In this document: positions 50,517 through 63,900 of the stretch, piece by piece
Layout: the number at the start of each line of letters is the position of its first letter
How positions within the stretch are numbered: the stretch's first letter is position 1
The notes under the pieces: generated by a model
Seen by the model: the letters and a program-made list of their open reading frames with translations, nothing else
What the model was told of the DNA's origin: nothing
Databases searched by the model: none
Assembly (NCBI RefSeq): GCF_009834535.1
Contig: NC_045696.1
Span: 121,088,001-121,152,000 of the forward strand
DNA from: Camelus ferus
Lineage: Eukaryota
Reading direction: 5' to 3'
DNA length: 64,000 nt
Position numbers and translations under genes: made by a program

Positions 50517-53498
50517 GTCAGAACAGCTACTACATTAAACATATAAAGACCACGTTACAAAACTCCATAGTTCTTACATATTTCATCATGTCCTGAGACG
50601 GTCAGGTTCCACTCACAAATTTATCTTTGGAAATAAGCTGTAAAAATCACCCTTATATTCCACCCCTCGTGAAAAGTTGAAAAGCAGGTCTGTGCCTTAG
50701 CATAAAAGGTTACAAAAACCACTAGGTATTGCCTCTGAAATACTTAATCTCCTAACAGCTGCTGTGGGAAACACTTCCACTGACACTTCAGTGTTGTGAC
50801 AGCTGGCATCACCCCAGTTTCACCCCGTGCCGGGGCCCTCCATAACGACAGGACTCGCCCACGCTGGCATTTCAACTTCAGCTCCACTCATCAGTAAGGT
50901 AAGGGCCTGGAAAGAAAGGACAACCAGTACTTACTGTAGCTCTCAAAGCAGGTTTGCTTGGACCATCTGGCCTTCCTGAGGCCTACAGAATTTATACCAT
51001 GTTCTGTATTTATTAACCTGTCTTACAACTGATAGTACCAACCAAGGCTGGAACACAGGTCTAATCTGAGGGACATTTGGTTACAAAAAGTTTCCTCTTT
51101 TCAAGGTAAAATCTAATAGGGGATCGAGTTCAGGCCCAGACCAGGACTTGTGTGGGAGCCACGGCTTCACAGCTGCCCAAGGTCAACACTGCTCAGGAGT
51201 CACCACTAGTACCCTGGGCTCCAAACGGGGGGGACCGTGTACTGTTTACCCACAGTAGGCCAAGTTCCACTGCCCTCGGGTGAGTATGTGATGACTGACG
51301 GGGGCTGCGGCCAGAAATAGAGACCCACGGTTCCTAGAAAGTCATGTGTTGTGTTTGGCTTAGTGTTTGTAGGACCAGGCGGACTTTGGCGTTTGTGTCC
51401 CATCAGCGTAGAGAAGGCGCCGCCCTCTTCCACTGGGCTCAGCAGAACGCAGCTTCTTGGCCACTGAACGTCCACAGGAACGGGGCCCGGTCGTCCTTGG
51501 AGACAGGTGCTGGCAGTGGGGACTGGGGGTAGGGGTGCATGTTCTGCCCTGGTCCGGCTTTGAAAGATCCTAAAAGATGATCCTAAAATTTGTCCTTATA
51601 ACTCACATGCGGTACACAGTCGACGTGCAGACTCTAGAGGCAGACAGCGATGGCTGGGGAGGGGGCGCCCTGCCTTCTCCACGACCCCGCATGCCCCGGC
51701 CAGCAGCTGCGGAAACGGTCCTTAGACAGTCAGGTTCCACTCACTCTCCTGTCATCTGGCAGCTTTTAGAGGCTGGGATTCCTTTCCCTCTACCTCTGTA
51801 GGTGCTTTTATTCAGAAACAGGATTTTACATTCTCCCAGCCGTAGCATTCATCTGTCTAGCAGGGGAACAGCTGCTTCCCACGCCTTCATCAGCAATCTT
51901 GACCCAACTGTAAGTTCACTGAAGTCTTTTGGTCAAATGCAGATAATTAAAGGAGTGCAATTAAGGCATTCTGAATTTCAAAGTTAAGTATAAATAATCA
52001 CTAAGCATGGTACGGGATATACCTAACTAATGGGTACCATTTTAAGTTTGGTTATTATTGTATTTACACATAATTTTAGAATCAGTTTTAACAGTTTTAT
52101 AGTAAGTCCTTTTGAGATTCTAAAAATAGAACTGAACTGACTTCTCCATGGCATTAGGTCGTCTCATTCATAGCCATGACACTCCTCTCCATTATTTAAA
52201 TTTTCTTTCATGTCCTTCAATGTTTCACCTTCTCCAATAAGACATCAGCATGGTTGTCAGGCCTCTTCCTCAGTAACCTTTTTTAAAATTGCTATTGTGG
52301 ACGGTATCCATTTTCCTCCCATGTAATTTTCCAGTTAAATACCGCTGTTATATGTTTGTATGTTAAGGCTACATTTGGTCACCAGAACTGTCTTCATTGG
52401 CTCTGACAGTTCTATCGATAGACTGATTTTCTAGTAGATTGACCATATTCCTTAGAAATGAGATTTGTCCTCACTTTCCAATATTTATATCATTCTTTTT
52501 CTTGTCTACCTACATTGGTGAAGATCTCCAAGTACATCGCTGAAAAGAAGCAGTAGAAAGTATCCTCGTTTGATTGCTGACTAGAGTGTGTCTAGTATTT
52601 TACCCCTGAATATGATGTTTGCTCATCTTTTAACAAAATCAGGAATTTCTAGCTTGGTAAGTTATATTTGTTTTTGATTTTTAAAAAAAGGCATGCTATT
52701 AAGACTTAACTACAATTTAAAATGATTCCTCTTGAGGAACTCATGATTAAAGAAAGAGAAATACATAACAGATTGTTACTTGCTTTCCTTTGGCACCCTG
52801 GGAGCTTAGAGCCACACCAAGTAAAATAACTGCACAGCCTGCCCACCTGTATTATATTGGCACCATTCCTTCCCACCGCCCAACTACTCCCAACACGTTT
52901 TCCCCTTACTTTACTAGTTTAAGGCATGGATCTCTTGTCAGTGGCCACAAATCATTAATGAAATGAGATGAAGCATAAATGAAAACTTTTAAAAGAGATG
53001 TAGCTACATTTGGATTTAAAATTGAGAATGAGAGAAACAGAACATGGGCAGGAAATGACTGCTGACCTGCTAAGTAACAAATTCCTTAGTGATCAGAAGA
53101 GCACTGATGGAGACCTGACACTTGAGTGGCCATGTGACCCACGTCTCAGGAGACATCTGGAGTTGTTATATTCTGTGGGTCCCCAGTATAGTCCAGAGGA
53201 AATGGAGCAGTTAAATGAGGCCTGCTTATGTATACGTAGACTGTTAAGCTTAATTATTTGTCATAAGTAGCCATTGGTAAGCAGATTTTCATTTCATGCA
53301 ATGAAGAGAAATCCAGCAGCCATTAACACTTTTGAGTAACAAGTGATTAATTTGTAGAATGTACAAAACCAGGCCATTTAAAATCCTTTTTGGAAAGTAT
53401 CAAGGAAAAGTAATTTCACCCATCTTACAGTTGAGTAATCTAACTAAAAACAGCTATGCCTCCCAACAGGAGTGTAAATAAGGGCCTTAATTTATGCT

Positions 53499-53504
53499 TT
53501 TATT
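53499..53504 (-). terminator. Candidate ancestral MRPL3 poly(A) signal AATAAA
   Basis: First canonical AATAAA seen in non-L1 sequence downstream of the MRPL3 stop; about 500 nt of unique sequence from the stop if the L1 insert is removed. Confidence 0.4.
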
Positions 53505-53634
53505 GTCCTTGACAGGCCTTTAACTGTGACATACATGTTTCTGTAATTTAAATGAAAATCAATTCCCTTCTCTTTTTAGGGCTTAGAAAATGGTTTACCT
53601 AAATAGGTTTAACAACCAAAAAATCATATGGGGA

Positions 53635-54884
53635 CTATAGTATATAGTTTGTATCTGTAAATCTCAGCTCCTCTCCTAATTTATCTCCCCTCGTTTTCCC
53701 CTTTGGTAGCCGTAAGTTTATTTTCTACATGAGTCTGTTTGTTTTGTAAATATATTTGTCCTGTTTTTCAGATTCCACATATAAGTGATATATTTGTCTT
53801 TCTCTGACTTACTTCAATTAGTACGATAATCTCCAGGTCCATTCACGTTGCTGCAAATGGCATTATTTCATTCTTTTTAATGGCTGAGTAGTATTCATTG
53901 TATAAATGTAGCACAGCTTCTTCATCCAGTCATCTGTTGATGGACATTTAGGTTGTTTCCACGTCTTGGCTATTGTAAATAGTGCTTCTATGAACATTGG
54001 GGTGCAGGTGTCTTTTTTGAGTTAGGGTTCCTTCTGGATATATGCCCAGGAGTGGGATTGCTGGATCATATGGTAAGTCTATTTTACATTTTTTGAGGAA
54101 TCTCTATACTGTTCTCTGTAACATCTGTACCAAACTACATTTCCACCAACAGTGCAGGAGGGCTCCCTTTTCTCCACACCCTCTCCAGCATTTATCATTC
54201 CCGGACTTTTGACTGATGGCCATTGACTGGTTTGAGGTGATACCTCAATGTAGTTTTGATTTGTATTTCTCTGATAATTAGTGATATTGAGCATTTTTTC
54301 ATGTGCCTATTGGCCATTGTATGTCTTCATTGGAGAATTTCTCATTTAGATCTTCTGCCCATTTTTGGATTTGGATTGAGTTGTTTGCTTTTTTCTTAAG
54401 TTGTATGAGCTGTTTATATATTCTGGAGATTAAGCCCTTGTCAGACAGGTCTCATCTTTTGCAAATATTTTCTCTCATTCCACAGATTGTTTTTTGTCTT
54501 GCTTATGGTTTCCTTTTCTGTGCAAAAGCTTAAGTTTGATTAGTCCCATTTATTTATTTTTGCTTTTGTTACCTGAGTAGGCTGCCCTAGGAGAAGAACA
54601 CTGCTATGATTTATGCCAGAAGGTTTTGCCTGTGTTTTCTTCTAGAGGTTTTATGTTATCTTGTCTTATGTTTAAGTCTTTAAGCCATTTAGAGTATTTT
54701 TGTGCGTAGTCTTTAAGCCATTTAGAGTATTTTTGTGCGTGGTGTGAGGGAGTGTTCTAATTTCATTGATTTCCATGTGGCTGTCTAGTTTTCCCAACAG
54801 CATTTGCTGAAGAGACTTGTCTTTTCTCCATGGTATATTTTTGCCCCCTCCTTTGAAGATTAGTTGACCACAGGTTTGTGGGAA
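53635..54884 (-). mobile_element. Internal L1 fragment lacking its 3' terminus and poly(A)
   Basis: ORF2 C-terminus and partial 3'UTR; flanked by a 14-bp inverted repeat; contains a 33-bp tandem duplication. Confidence 0.9.
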
Positions 54885-55256
54885 TCCCCATATGATTTGA
54901 TGTAGCTTGACAGCCACCCTTTCACAAAGACAGACAACTTTCTTTAGTAAAAGATGTTAAATTTATAAACATTTAGGATACTGTGACAAATACATAGTTT
55001 AAAAAAAAAGCAGCTCACAAGTTACAAAGATTTTGCTAATATGCAAACTTCCAGTGTATCTGAATGTGCATATTCAATCTACTTAACTGATTTATGTGTA
55101 ATGTGGCAATTTTTTTGAACAAAATTCAACTCAATTGGGGGACGAATGATACGTGTATTTATGCCCTTGACAAAGACAGTAAGTGTGCTGTAACTGGGAG
55201 AACGCAGTTCCTGGTTACACCCCCGTCCTGCTCATCAGAACTCCCCAGCTGCGAGG

Positions 55257-55409
55257 TCAGGCAAACGTAACGGATGGGGCTCCGGGCAGACACACGCTTT
55301 CATCATACAAATCCTCTGGTAGCTCCTCTTCATCTCCGTCAGGGAAATACGTAGGGAATGGCAGATTTCTACCCAAATCCTTATACGCAGGCAGTATGGA
55401 GTCTTTGAT
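55257..55409 (-). CDS. MRPL3: MRPL3 last coding exon with stop codon
   Basis: Acceptor ctccccctcag; [53 protein letters not shown], matching the mammalian MRPL3 C-terminus as recalled. Confidence 0.97.
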   Translation of the reverse strand: MKDSILPAYKDLGRNLPFPTYFPDGDEEELPEDLYDESVCLPGAPSVTFA

Positions 55410-58202
55410 CTGAGGGGGAGGAGGCAAAGCTCTTACTAATAAGTGATACCAATTAAGTCAGCATGTTTTACTCATAATCAAGGAATATCTGTTTCTACAT
55501 TTTCTAATGTGAATAACACAGCTGTTTATATATAAAGTAAAAGAAACTCAATGTGTATTTTTTATCCCCCAAAATTCAATTCATCCAATGACACAAAGGC
55601 AACCATCCTCAAGTTAGCCAGCCATCTCCTAAGAGTAAAACAACTCTGATTAGACTTTACCTGTAACTAGAACTGCCCAACAGGATAAATTACATTCTAC
55701 AATTACTACATAAATACCAATTATATCTCAACTGATTTTTCAAATATAAAGAACTGACACACTTAAAAGGTATTACTATCTACTTCTTATCTATTGATTT
55801 TATCATCTACTCATACCATCTGTTTTTATTTTCTATCATAGATTTTTTTTGTATTGTGTTAAATATATGCTAATTGTCCTATTACTAAAACTTATTTTGA
55901 ATTATGTGCTCTTAATTCTGACCAACAAAAACACCATGTAAATTTAACAAGTCATATTCTCATTGACAAGCTAAGGACAGAATAGTATTTAACAAAAATA
56001 ATAAACCCATAAGTCTTTAAAACAGCTCTATAACTCTACGTTCTAAAAATCTAACTACATTTGTAAATTCATAAACTGAGAAACAGTGCAAATATTGATA
56101 TGATCTAGAATTTTTCTTGATTTTTGGAAAACATTACTAGAGTTTTCAAAGTTTGACTCATTCTACAGACAGCATCCATTCAGAGAAATAAAACATTAGA
56201 CATAAGTTATACAGAGTAAAGGTTACTCATTTCTTACTACCAAAATGATTGGTTGAAGTATTTGGTTGAAGTAAAGTACACAGCAGCGAGGAATAGCTAA
56301 GTACAGAATTTCTCATTAAAATTGTTTCAAGAAATTACTAGTAAGTTGCCCAGAAGAGAATAAACTTGTTTATTTTTTTCTCCAATTCCTAATCTTGGGT
56401 TAAACTTGAACTTGGAAAAAACAAGTTACATTCTTACCAATTTATCTCAGAATTTATAACTGAAAATAAAACCCAAGCAAATAAACACAAAAAACATTAT
56501 GTGCTCATTTGATAACTGCATCCTCAGGCACGGACGTTTTACAGCTCTGTCCTAGCTGAGGAACATTTGGGATGGACGCAGTACTTACCTATTTGAAGGT
56601 CACTGCCACAGTCCTGCAATGCACTGATCTGAAACAAATGCTGACATCTCACCTACAATGGGGCGGTCCCCCTTGAAGGAACGTGCATGACACTACGGTA
56701 GGTGTGTGGTCACTCTCACCCCGACTTTAGTGTTTCCCTGCCTTCAGGACTCCCTCGACTATCTACCTCGTTCTACCTCGTTCTTTTATATCTATGTGTA
56801 TTAGCAAAGCAGTCCAAATCCTTTGAGGAAAGGTGAGCGTAGGAAGCACAAAAAAGCACAAAAAAACCAAAATCTGAAAATAAACTTAAATTATAAATTA
56901 GGCTGTAGGGACATGACATGCAAATATGTCAAATATGTCAGCATCACTAACACACGACGGATGCTCTAAGTGCATTTAGTGAATCCAGACCACACAAAGC
57001 TTACATTAGCTAAACAGGCTGGTCAGCCCTGAGACGAGCTTACTAAGTTGAGTGAAGAACACAGTTCCCAGCAGCCCTGTGCCCTGTACTCTGAGGAGCC
57101 ATGAGGTCCCCTGGAGGGAGCGGGCGCTGAGGAGGCCGCTCGCCCAGCAGGCAGCCTCGGCCTCCAAGGGCAAGGGGCTTATCCCCCTGCTGGGCGACCC
57201 CTGGGAGAGTGGAACAGTGGCTGAATCTTCAGAGAACATGTAAGACACTCCCCAAACCCCCACACCTAATGTTTGGGATGGACATTTAGGGTTACAAGAG
57301 AGTTAAAAGATTTATCAAAATTTGTTGGAAACACATTCACTAGAATGTTAAAAGTTCAAAGTGCCTAGACATTGCTCTGATGCTGTGGTGTCTCAGGCTG
57401 TGTCTGGACTCCTCTTGTAGAACTGCCATCTTCAGTGACAGCAGGCCCTCACCCATCATAGGGAAGTGGGCGGGAAACCTGAGTAATGAATTCTGTTGGT
57501 TATAAACTGTCTCTAACATCCGGATCAGAACCATTGAACACGTGGCCGTTTTGAACACAGCTGACCTGGTCACCCCTGCCGGCTTCCACCACTGTCACTG
57601 CATATGTGACTGGGTCACCTGGACACTGGAAACCTTATGTAAACCCACCAAAACCCAAAAAATCTTCTAAGCATTAATCAAATGCATTTCTTCTTTAAGG
57701 AAAATGAGAATAATCCAAGTGAAGAATTCTAAAAAGGGAATGTTAATTACTGTAAGATTAAAATACTGTACCTGTCCTAGTAATGGAACCTACCTTAAGA
57801 AATGAAAAGAATACATAGAAAAAAGACCCCATCTGACAAATCCAAGTTTCAACCTACTTTTGTTACTACTGTTGGACAAATAGTGAAGGATCTATTTCTG
57901 GGAACTGCTGATATCACTTCTATTACAAATTTATTTTCAGAATGGAGAATGGAAGACTAAAATTCAGAAGTGAGCTCTCACTTTGTATTACGTTGGCTTA
58001 AAGCCCAGGCAGAATAATTATTTTGCAGTTTACTTGATAGAAATAAGTCGGAGACCTTAAGAACTTTTTTTTCAAATCGATCCTGTAAAATGTTTTCTTT
58101 GTTTTGAACACAAAAATGAACATGAATTTTTAAAGGAAAACACTTAAATGTGTAATCAGAGCAATGCTAGTAGTAATAATACATCTTAAAATGTCTACCT
58201 TT

Positions 58203-60297
58203 AGGGGAACGTATCTCAACATTAATAAAAGCTATTTATGACAAACCCACAACCAATATAACATAATACTTAATGATGAGAAGTTGAAAGCCTTTCTGCT
58301 AAACTGGAACAAGAACGCCCACTCTCACCTCTTCTATTCAACAAGGTCTTGGAAGTCCCGGCCATAGCAGTCAGACAAGGAAGAGGGATCCAAATTGGAA
58401 AAGAGGTAAAATTATCACTATATATAGATGATACTATAGTATATACTGAAAACTCTAGAGACACCACACAAAAACTACTAGAACTGATAAAAGAAAGAAT
58501 TCAGCAAGGATACAAGATTAACAGAGAAATCTGTTGCATTTCTTTACACTAACAATGTCAGAAAGGGAAAGTAAACAATCCCTTTTAAAACTGCATCCAA
58601 AACAATAAGATACTTAGGAATCAACCTGACCAGGAGGTGAAGATTTTATATGCTGAGAACTATAAAACATCAATAAGGGAAATTAAAGACGTAAAACTAG
58701 CCCATGTTCTTGGATTGGAAGCATTAATACTGTTACAGTGGCCATACTACTCAAAGCAATCTACAGATTTAATACACACTCTTACCAAATTACTCAGGAC
58801 ATTTTTCACAGATGTAGGAAAAATAATCCTGAATTTATATGGAATCACAGAAGCCCTGGAACTGCCAAATCAATAAACAGACAAAAGGATCATGGAACAG
58901 AACAGAGAGTCCAGAAATAAACCCAAACGCTTACAATCAATCTTCAGCAAAGGAGGCAAGAATATACAATGGAGAAAAAGACAGTTTCTTCAGCAAATGC
59001 TGTTGGAAGACTGGACAGCTGCATGTAAATCAGTGAACTTAGACTATTCCCTCACACCACACACTCAAAATGGCTTAAAGACTTAAACATAAGACAAGAT
59101 ACTATAAATCTGTAAGAAAACATAGGCAAAACATTATCTGACGTAAATCTTAGCAATGTTCTAGGGCAATATACCCAGGCGATAGAAATAAAAGCAAAAA
59201 TAAACAAATGGGAATCTAATTAAATTTATACGCTTTTGCATAGCAAAGGAAACCATAAGCAAAACAAGAAGACAACCTATAAAATGGGGGAAAATATTTG
59301 CAAATGATGTGATAAGAGCTTAATTTCCAGAATGTATAAATAGCTCATACAACTTAATAACAAAAAAACAAACAACCCAATCCAAAAATGGGCAGATCTA
59401 AATGAGAAATTCTCCAATGAAGACATACATATGGTCAATAGGCACATGAAAAAATGCTCAATATCGCTAATTATCAGAGAAATGCAAATCAAAACTACAA
59501 ATCAAAACTACAATGAGGTATCACCTCATACCAGTCAGAATGGCCATCATTCAGAAGTCCACAAATGACAAATGCTGGAGAGGGTATGGAGAAAAGGGAA
59601 CCCTCCTACACCGCTGGTGGGAATGTAGTTTGGTGCAGCCATTATGGAAAACAGTATGGAGATTCCTCAGAAAACTAAAAACAGACTTACCCTGTGATCC
59701 AGCAGTCCCACTCCTGGGCTTGTGTCCTGAAGAAACTCTAAATCAAAAAGGCACATGCACCCCAATACTCACAGCAGCACTATTTACAAGAGCCAAGGAA
59801 TGGAAGCAACCTAAGTGTCCATCAAGAGATGACTGGATAAAGAAGCTGCAGTATATTTATACAATGGAATACCACTCAGCCATAAAAAAGAATAAAAAAA
59901 TGCCATTTGCAACAACATGGATGGACCTTGGAGATCATCATTCTAAGTGAAGTAAGCCAGAAAGAGAGAAAAATACCATATGCTATCACTTATATGTGGA
60001 ATCTAGAATATGACACAAACGAACCTATTTACAAAACAGAAAGACTCACATAGAAAACAAACATGGTTAACTGGGGGGAAAGGGGGTGGGGAGAGAGAAA
60101 TCAGGAGTTCGGGATTACTAACTAATGTATATAAACAAGGTTCTACTGCACAGCACAGGGAACTATATTCAGTATCTTGTAATAACCTATAAAGAAAAAA
60201 TACATATGTATATATATATATATAACTGAATCACTATGCTGTACACCTGAAACTAACAACACTGTAAATCATCTGTACTTCAACAACAAAAAACAAC
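58203..60297 (+). mobile_element. 5'-truncated L1 in the last MRPL3 intron, antisense to the gene
   Basis: Decayed RT (LYIDDTIVY), HRWWEC, 3'UTR, A-rich tail. Confidence 0.92.
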
Positions 60298-60610
60298 TCA
60301 ATATTCTGCAAAACACAATGCAGTTAAGCGCAATAAAAAAAAAGTCTTAAGCCACCCTTCTTGTTGATTTTCATTTAACTTCCACCCATATATTTCCAAT
60401 TCCTGTGTCAAAGTACTCTTGAAAAAGTTATTTTTTTGAAGGACAGAGATATCCTGATATTCTGGAAGGTGCCCTATGTGTCTTGTACTCCTTCTCCTAA
60501 TATCCCTTCTGTATTTATGAAGAGCTCTGTGCTTACTGGTCCTCCCCTCTTGCAGGTTCATGGTTTTAGAGACATAGACTAAAGATTTTTGTGCAGTTTT
60601 TTTTCACTCA

Positions 60611-60823
<213 letters not shown>

Positions 60824-61481
60824 CTAAAGTAGAAATGAAATCAAACTTTAAGTAAAAGTTTGAAAGTATACTTACATTAAAACAAACATAATCCTAGGCT
60901 CTAAGTAGCCTGTAAAGTCCTAATCATGTTAGCAACTCAAAATGCTCAATGAGAACTGAAAAAACTCAGGTCCCACGGACGACGCGTGCTGTAAGGACAG
61001 CAGGGACATCTCATGGACGGGGCAGAAAACTCATGTCTCAACATTCTGGTGCCAGAAAGATTAACAAGCGGAAACTTTTATTTTTAATTAGTCAATACTA
61101 GCTTGCTGCAACTAGGAACTAGGAAGCCACTACGTCTCTGGGTCTAATTTTTAAACAGTGTGCTGAGCAGATGGTTTTCAAACAGATCGTCACATGGAGA
61201 AAACATTTGGGGGGGGGGGGGATCAAGCCTGACCCATAGCTCGTACGTAATTATGGCTAAATACTAAATCCTCTGGAGACTGAAGTCTCTCTCCTGTACA
61301 CACGTGCACACACGGACACAAATAGGTGTCTCTGGCAAGTATAAAAGCAATAGGAGAGGGGAAAAAAATCTTACACTATATAAAATTTACAAAACTTTCT
61401 GCTGGTCAAAATTTGTAACTAAAGCACACCTAGAACAGACGCTGGAAGAATATGCACCAAACTGTCATTTACCAGTGGTTC

Positions 61482-61495
61482 CCTCTAGGGGGCGC
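61482..61495 (+). promoter_or_regulatory. CTCF-like motif
   Basis: CCTCTAGGGGGCGC versus consensus CCASYAGRKGGCRS (one mismatch). Confidence 0.4.
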
Positions 61496-62072
61496 TCTTC
61501 CCAGTGGTTTATTTCCTTCTTTGCATTTTGTATGCTTTTCATACATGTGTACACGTGAGTTTTCATAAAAATATATGACACCCATTATGGTTCAACTCAT
61601 TTTCACTTAGATATCACATATATTCCTCAAGTTAAACACATAATCATTCTATAAAAATGGATGTATATGCCATAATGCTTTTTTTTAGTACTACCTTTCC
61701 CTGTTTTAACTGTCTCCTACATGCACCCACACATTTGACATTTACTCAAAGTACTCTGGTGTGTAACCGTCCAGTCTCTGTGCTTATATGGGGCTCAGCG
61801 GCACATACACGTGGGGCTCCTGTTTACTCTGTCAGAGCGCTTACTGAACGCAATGCTCAGAATTCTCTTTCGTGCAACACCACCCTATGGAAACCTTCCA
61901 GATCAAACAGCAGACAACTAATTTTCCTTTTTAATGCGTGCATATTCAATGGCTTGGAAATTAAATGAACACACATGACCAAGACCACCCCATAAAGAAA
62001 ATACGGAGTCCCGTGCCTCTGCCCTGGGGCACTGCTGTCACCATCCCTAAAAGGGCCACTGCAGACACTTAC

Positions 62073-62150
62073 TCTCAGTCCAAATGCTGTCCTGTCGATG
62101 TTCCCCAGGGGTCCCGGCATTTTAGCTCCAGGCCAGACTCTGGCAACATC
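62073..62150 (-). CDS. MRPL3: MRPL3 (mitochondrial ribosomal protein uL3m), third-last coding exon
   Basis: 78 nt, acceptor tctcctttag, donor GTAAGT; translates [26 protein letters not shown] (uL3 RVWPGxKMPG motif); phase 0-0. Confidence 0.96.
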
Positions 62151-63119
62151 CTAAAGGAGAGAACCACATTTGCACTTTTTACATAGTACCTTCAATTTCA
62201 AAGAGTACCCATGAAACCAACATGCAAGTAAGATATAAGCCATTAAAATGTTCTCCCCCATGTTTTGCTAGGCCCCGGTAAAGAACTAAATGTGGATTCA
62301 ATCAAACTGACTCCTAGAGAATTTCTAAACTAGATTAAAACAACAAAAATACAGACTAAGAACACATTTAAGAGAAAAACTCAGTAACATGAGAGTAACT
62401 GAGCCAATCATGGTTTAAGAAGTAAAAACAAAAACAACAAAGGACATACAAACAAGTCACACCATCATTGTAAGAAAAATACTGCCCGCCTGGCCTGTTT
62501 TCAGTAACCTGCATGAACACCCACAGCTCTGCTGCCGGAACGGTCCTACCCTCCCAGCCCTGCTTTTGATGTTTCTGTCGTCCCGCGGAATGATTAAAGG
62601 ACAGTTAGTCATCAGAGCTCCGGGCTTGCTTGGCCGGCCCTGGCCGTCTCTAACTCGTGTAAATCAAACAGCCGCACATCGTCTGATTTTAGCTTTGACA
62701 GTGGATCATATTCCACATCTGGAAAAACAAATCTGAATTACATCCACAGTGGAAAGCTGCTCATGATACAAGTTCTTGAAATAAAAACAATTGCATCACT
62801 GTTCTCACAACAGGTGAAACTCCCAGCAGAAGCAGCTCAGCCTATCAGCAGAGTTGGTTACTCTGCAGCCAACAGTTTAAAGCCAATTCTGAGTATTACA
62901 GACTGTCTCTTACTTATTCTATAAACAGTCTGATAAGCACCGTGCTCAGCATGACCTTAGTAAAAAGGACTCTGCCCTCCTCAAGTAAACTTATACTTGT
63001 TAAAACTACACCCTGACTCAGGCCGTTTAATAGCTAATGGAAGAAGCATTTACAAACAGAACAGTGTATTTCATGAAGAATAACCAACTCGAGTCATAAG
63101 ATTCGGTTCTCCTATAGGC

Positions 63120-63900
63120 CTAATTTTTTTAAAGAGTTGTAATGAGATATAATTCACATAACCACACTTCAGCCATTTAAAGTATAGTTTAATGTTTTTA
63201 GTACATTCAGAGTTGTGTATTATCATAATCAGTTTTGAAACATTTCCATCCACCCAAAACAAATTCCATACATGCTGGAGGACACCCCTCCAGCTGCCGC
63301 GCTGTCCAGCCCCCGCCCCGCCCCGCCTGCAACATGGCAGCAGACACGATGCTCCTTTACCTGCAAGTAGTTCAGTGTGTCTCCTAAGAACAAGGACGCT
63401 CTCTGACATACGCACAGCAGTTACGAAACTCAGGAAATGTAACACATTAGCTAATCTACCAGCCACACTTGAACTCTGACAACTGTAATGTCCTTTCGAG
63501 CTGTTTCTCCAAGTCTGGGGTCTTAGCTGTCGTGTCTCCCTAGTCTCCTGACAAATAAAGTTACAAAGACTAATTTTGTGCAGACGTACTTTATACCTTT
63601 GGGAGAACACATACAGGGTCAAGTCCCAGAAGTGGGACTCCTGCGTCAAAGGCAAACGTGCAGCCTTGCTAGATAGTGCCTGCCACAGTTTCCCTCCACA
63701 GAGGACACACTATTTTACACTCCCGCCAGGGACGGGTGAGGGTGCCTGCTTCCCCACACTCCTGCCAATGGAGTGGCAAAAAGTGAGCAGCTTGCCAGCC
63801 CAATCCGCTGGGTGAGAAACTCGCTCAAGAGTAGCTTTCATCTGTCTCTCTCTTACAAGAGGGAGAATATATTTGCAAGCTTTAGAGACTGAATTTGCAT
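63120..63900 (-). mobile_element. Old L1M fragments
   Basis: gagatataattcacataaccacac...tttttagtacattcagagttgtg; agaagtgggactcctgcgtcaaagg. Confidence 0.55.

Noticed and set aside
62545..62720. Further MRPL3 exon in a CpG-richer intronic patch
   Set aside because: No uL3 similarity; the expected upstream GFQG...HRRPG exon is not in this window
63071..63655. 194-aa ORF
   Set aside because: Lies in old L1M sequence within an MRPL3 intron; no protein-like features
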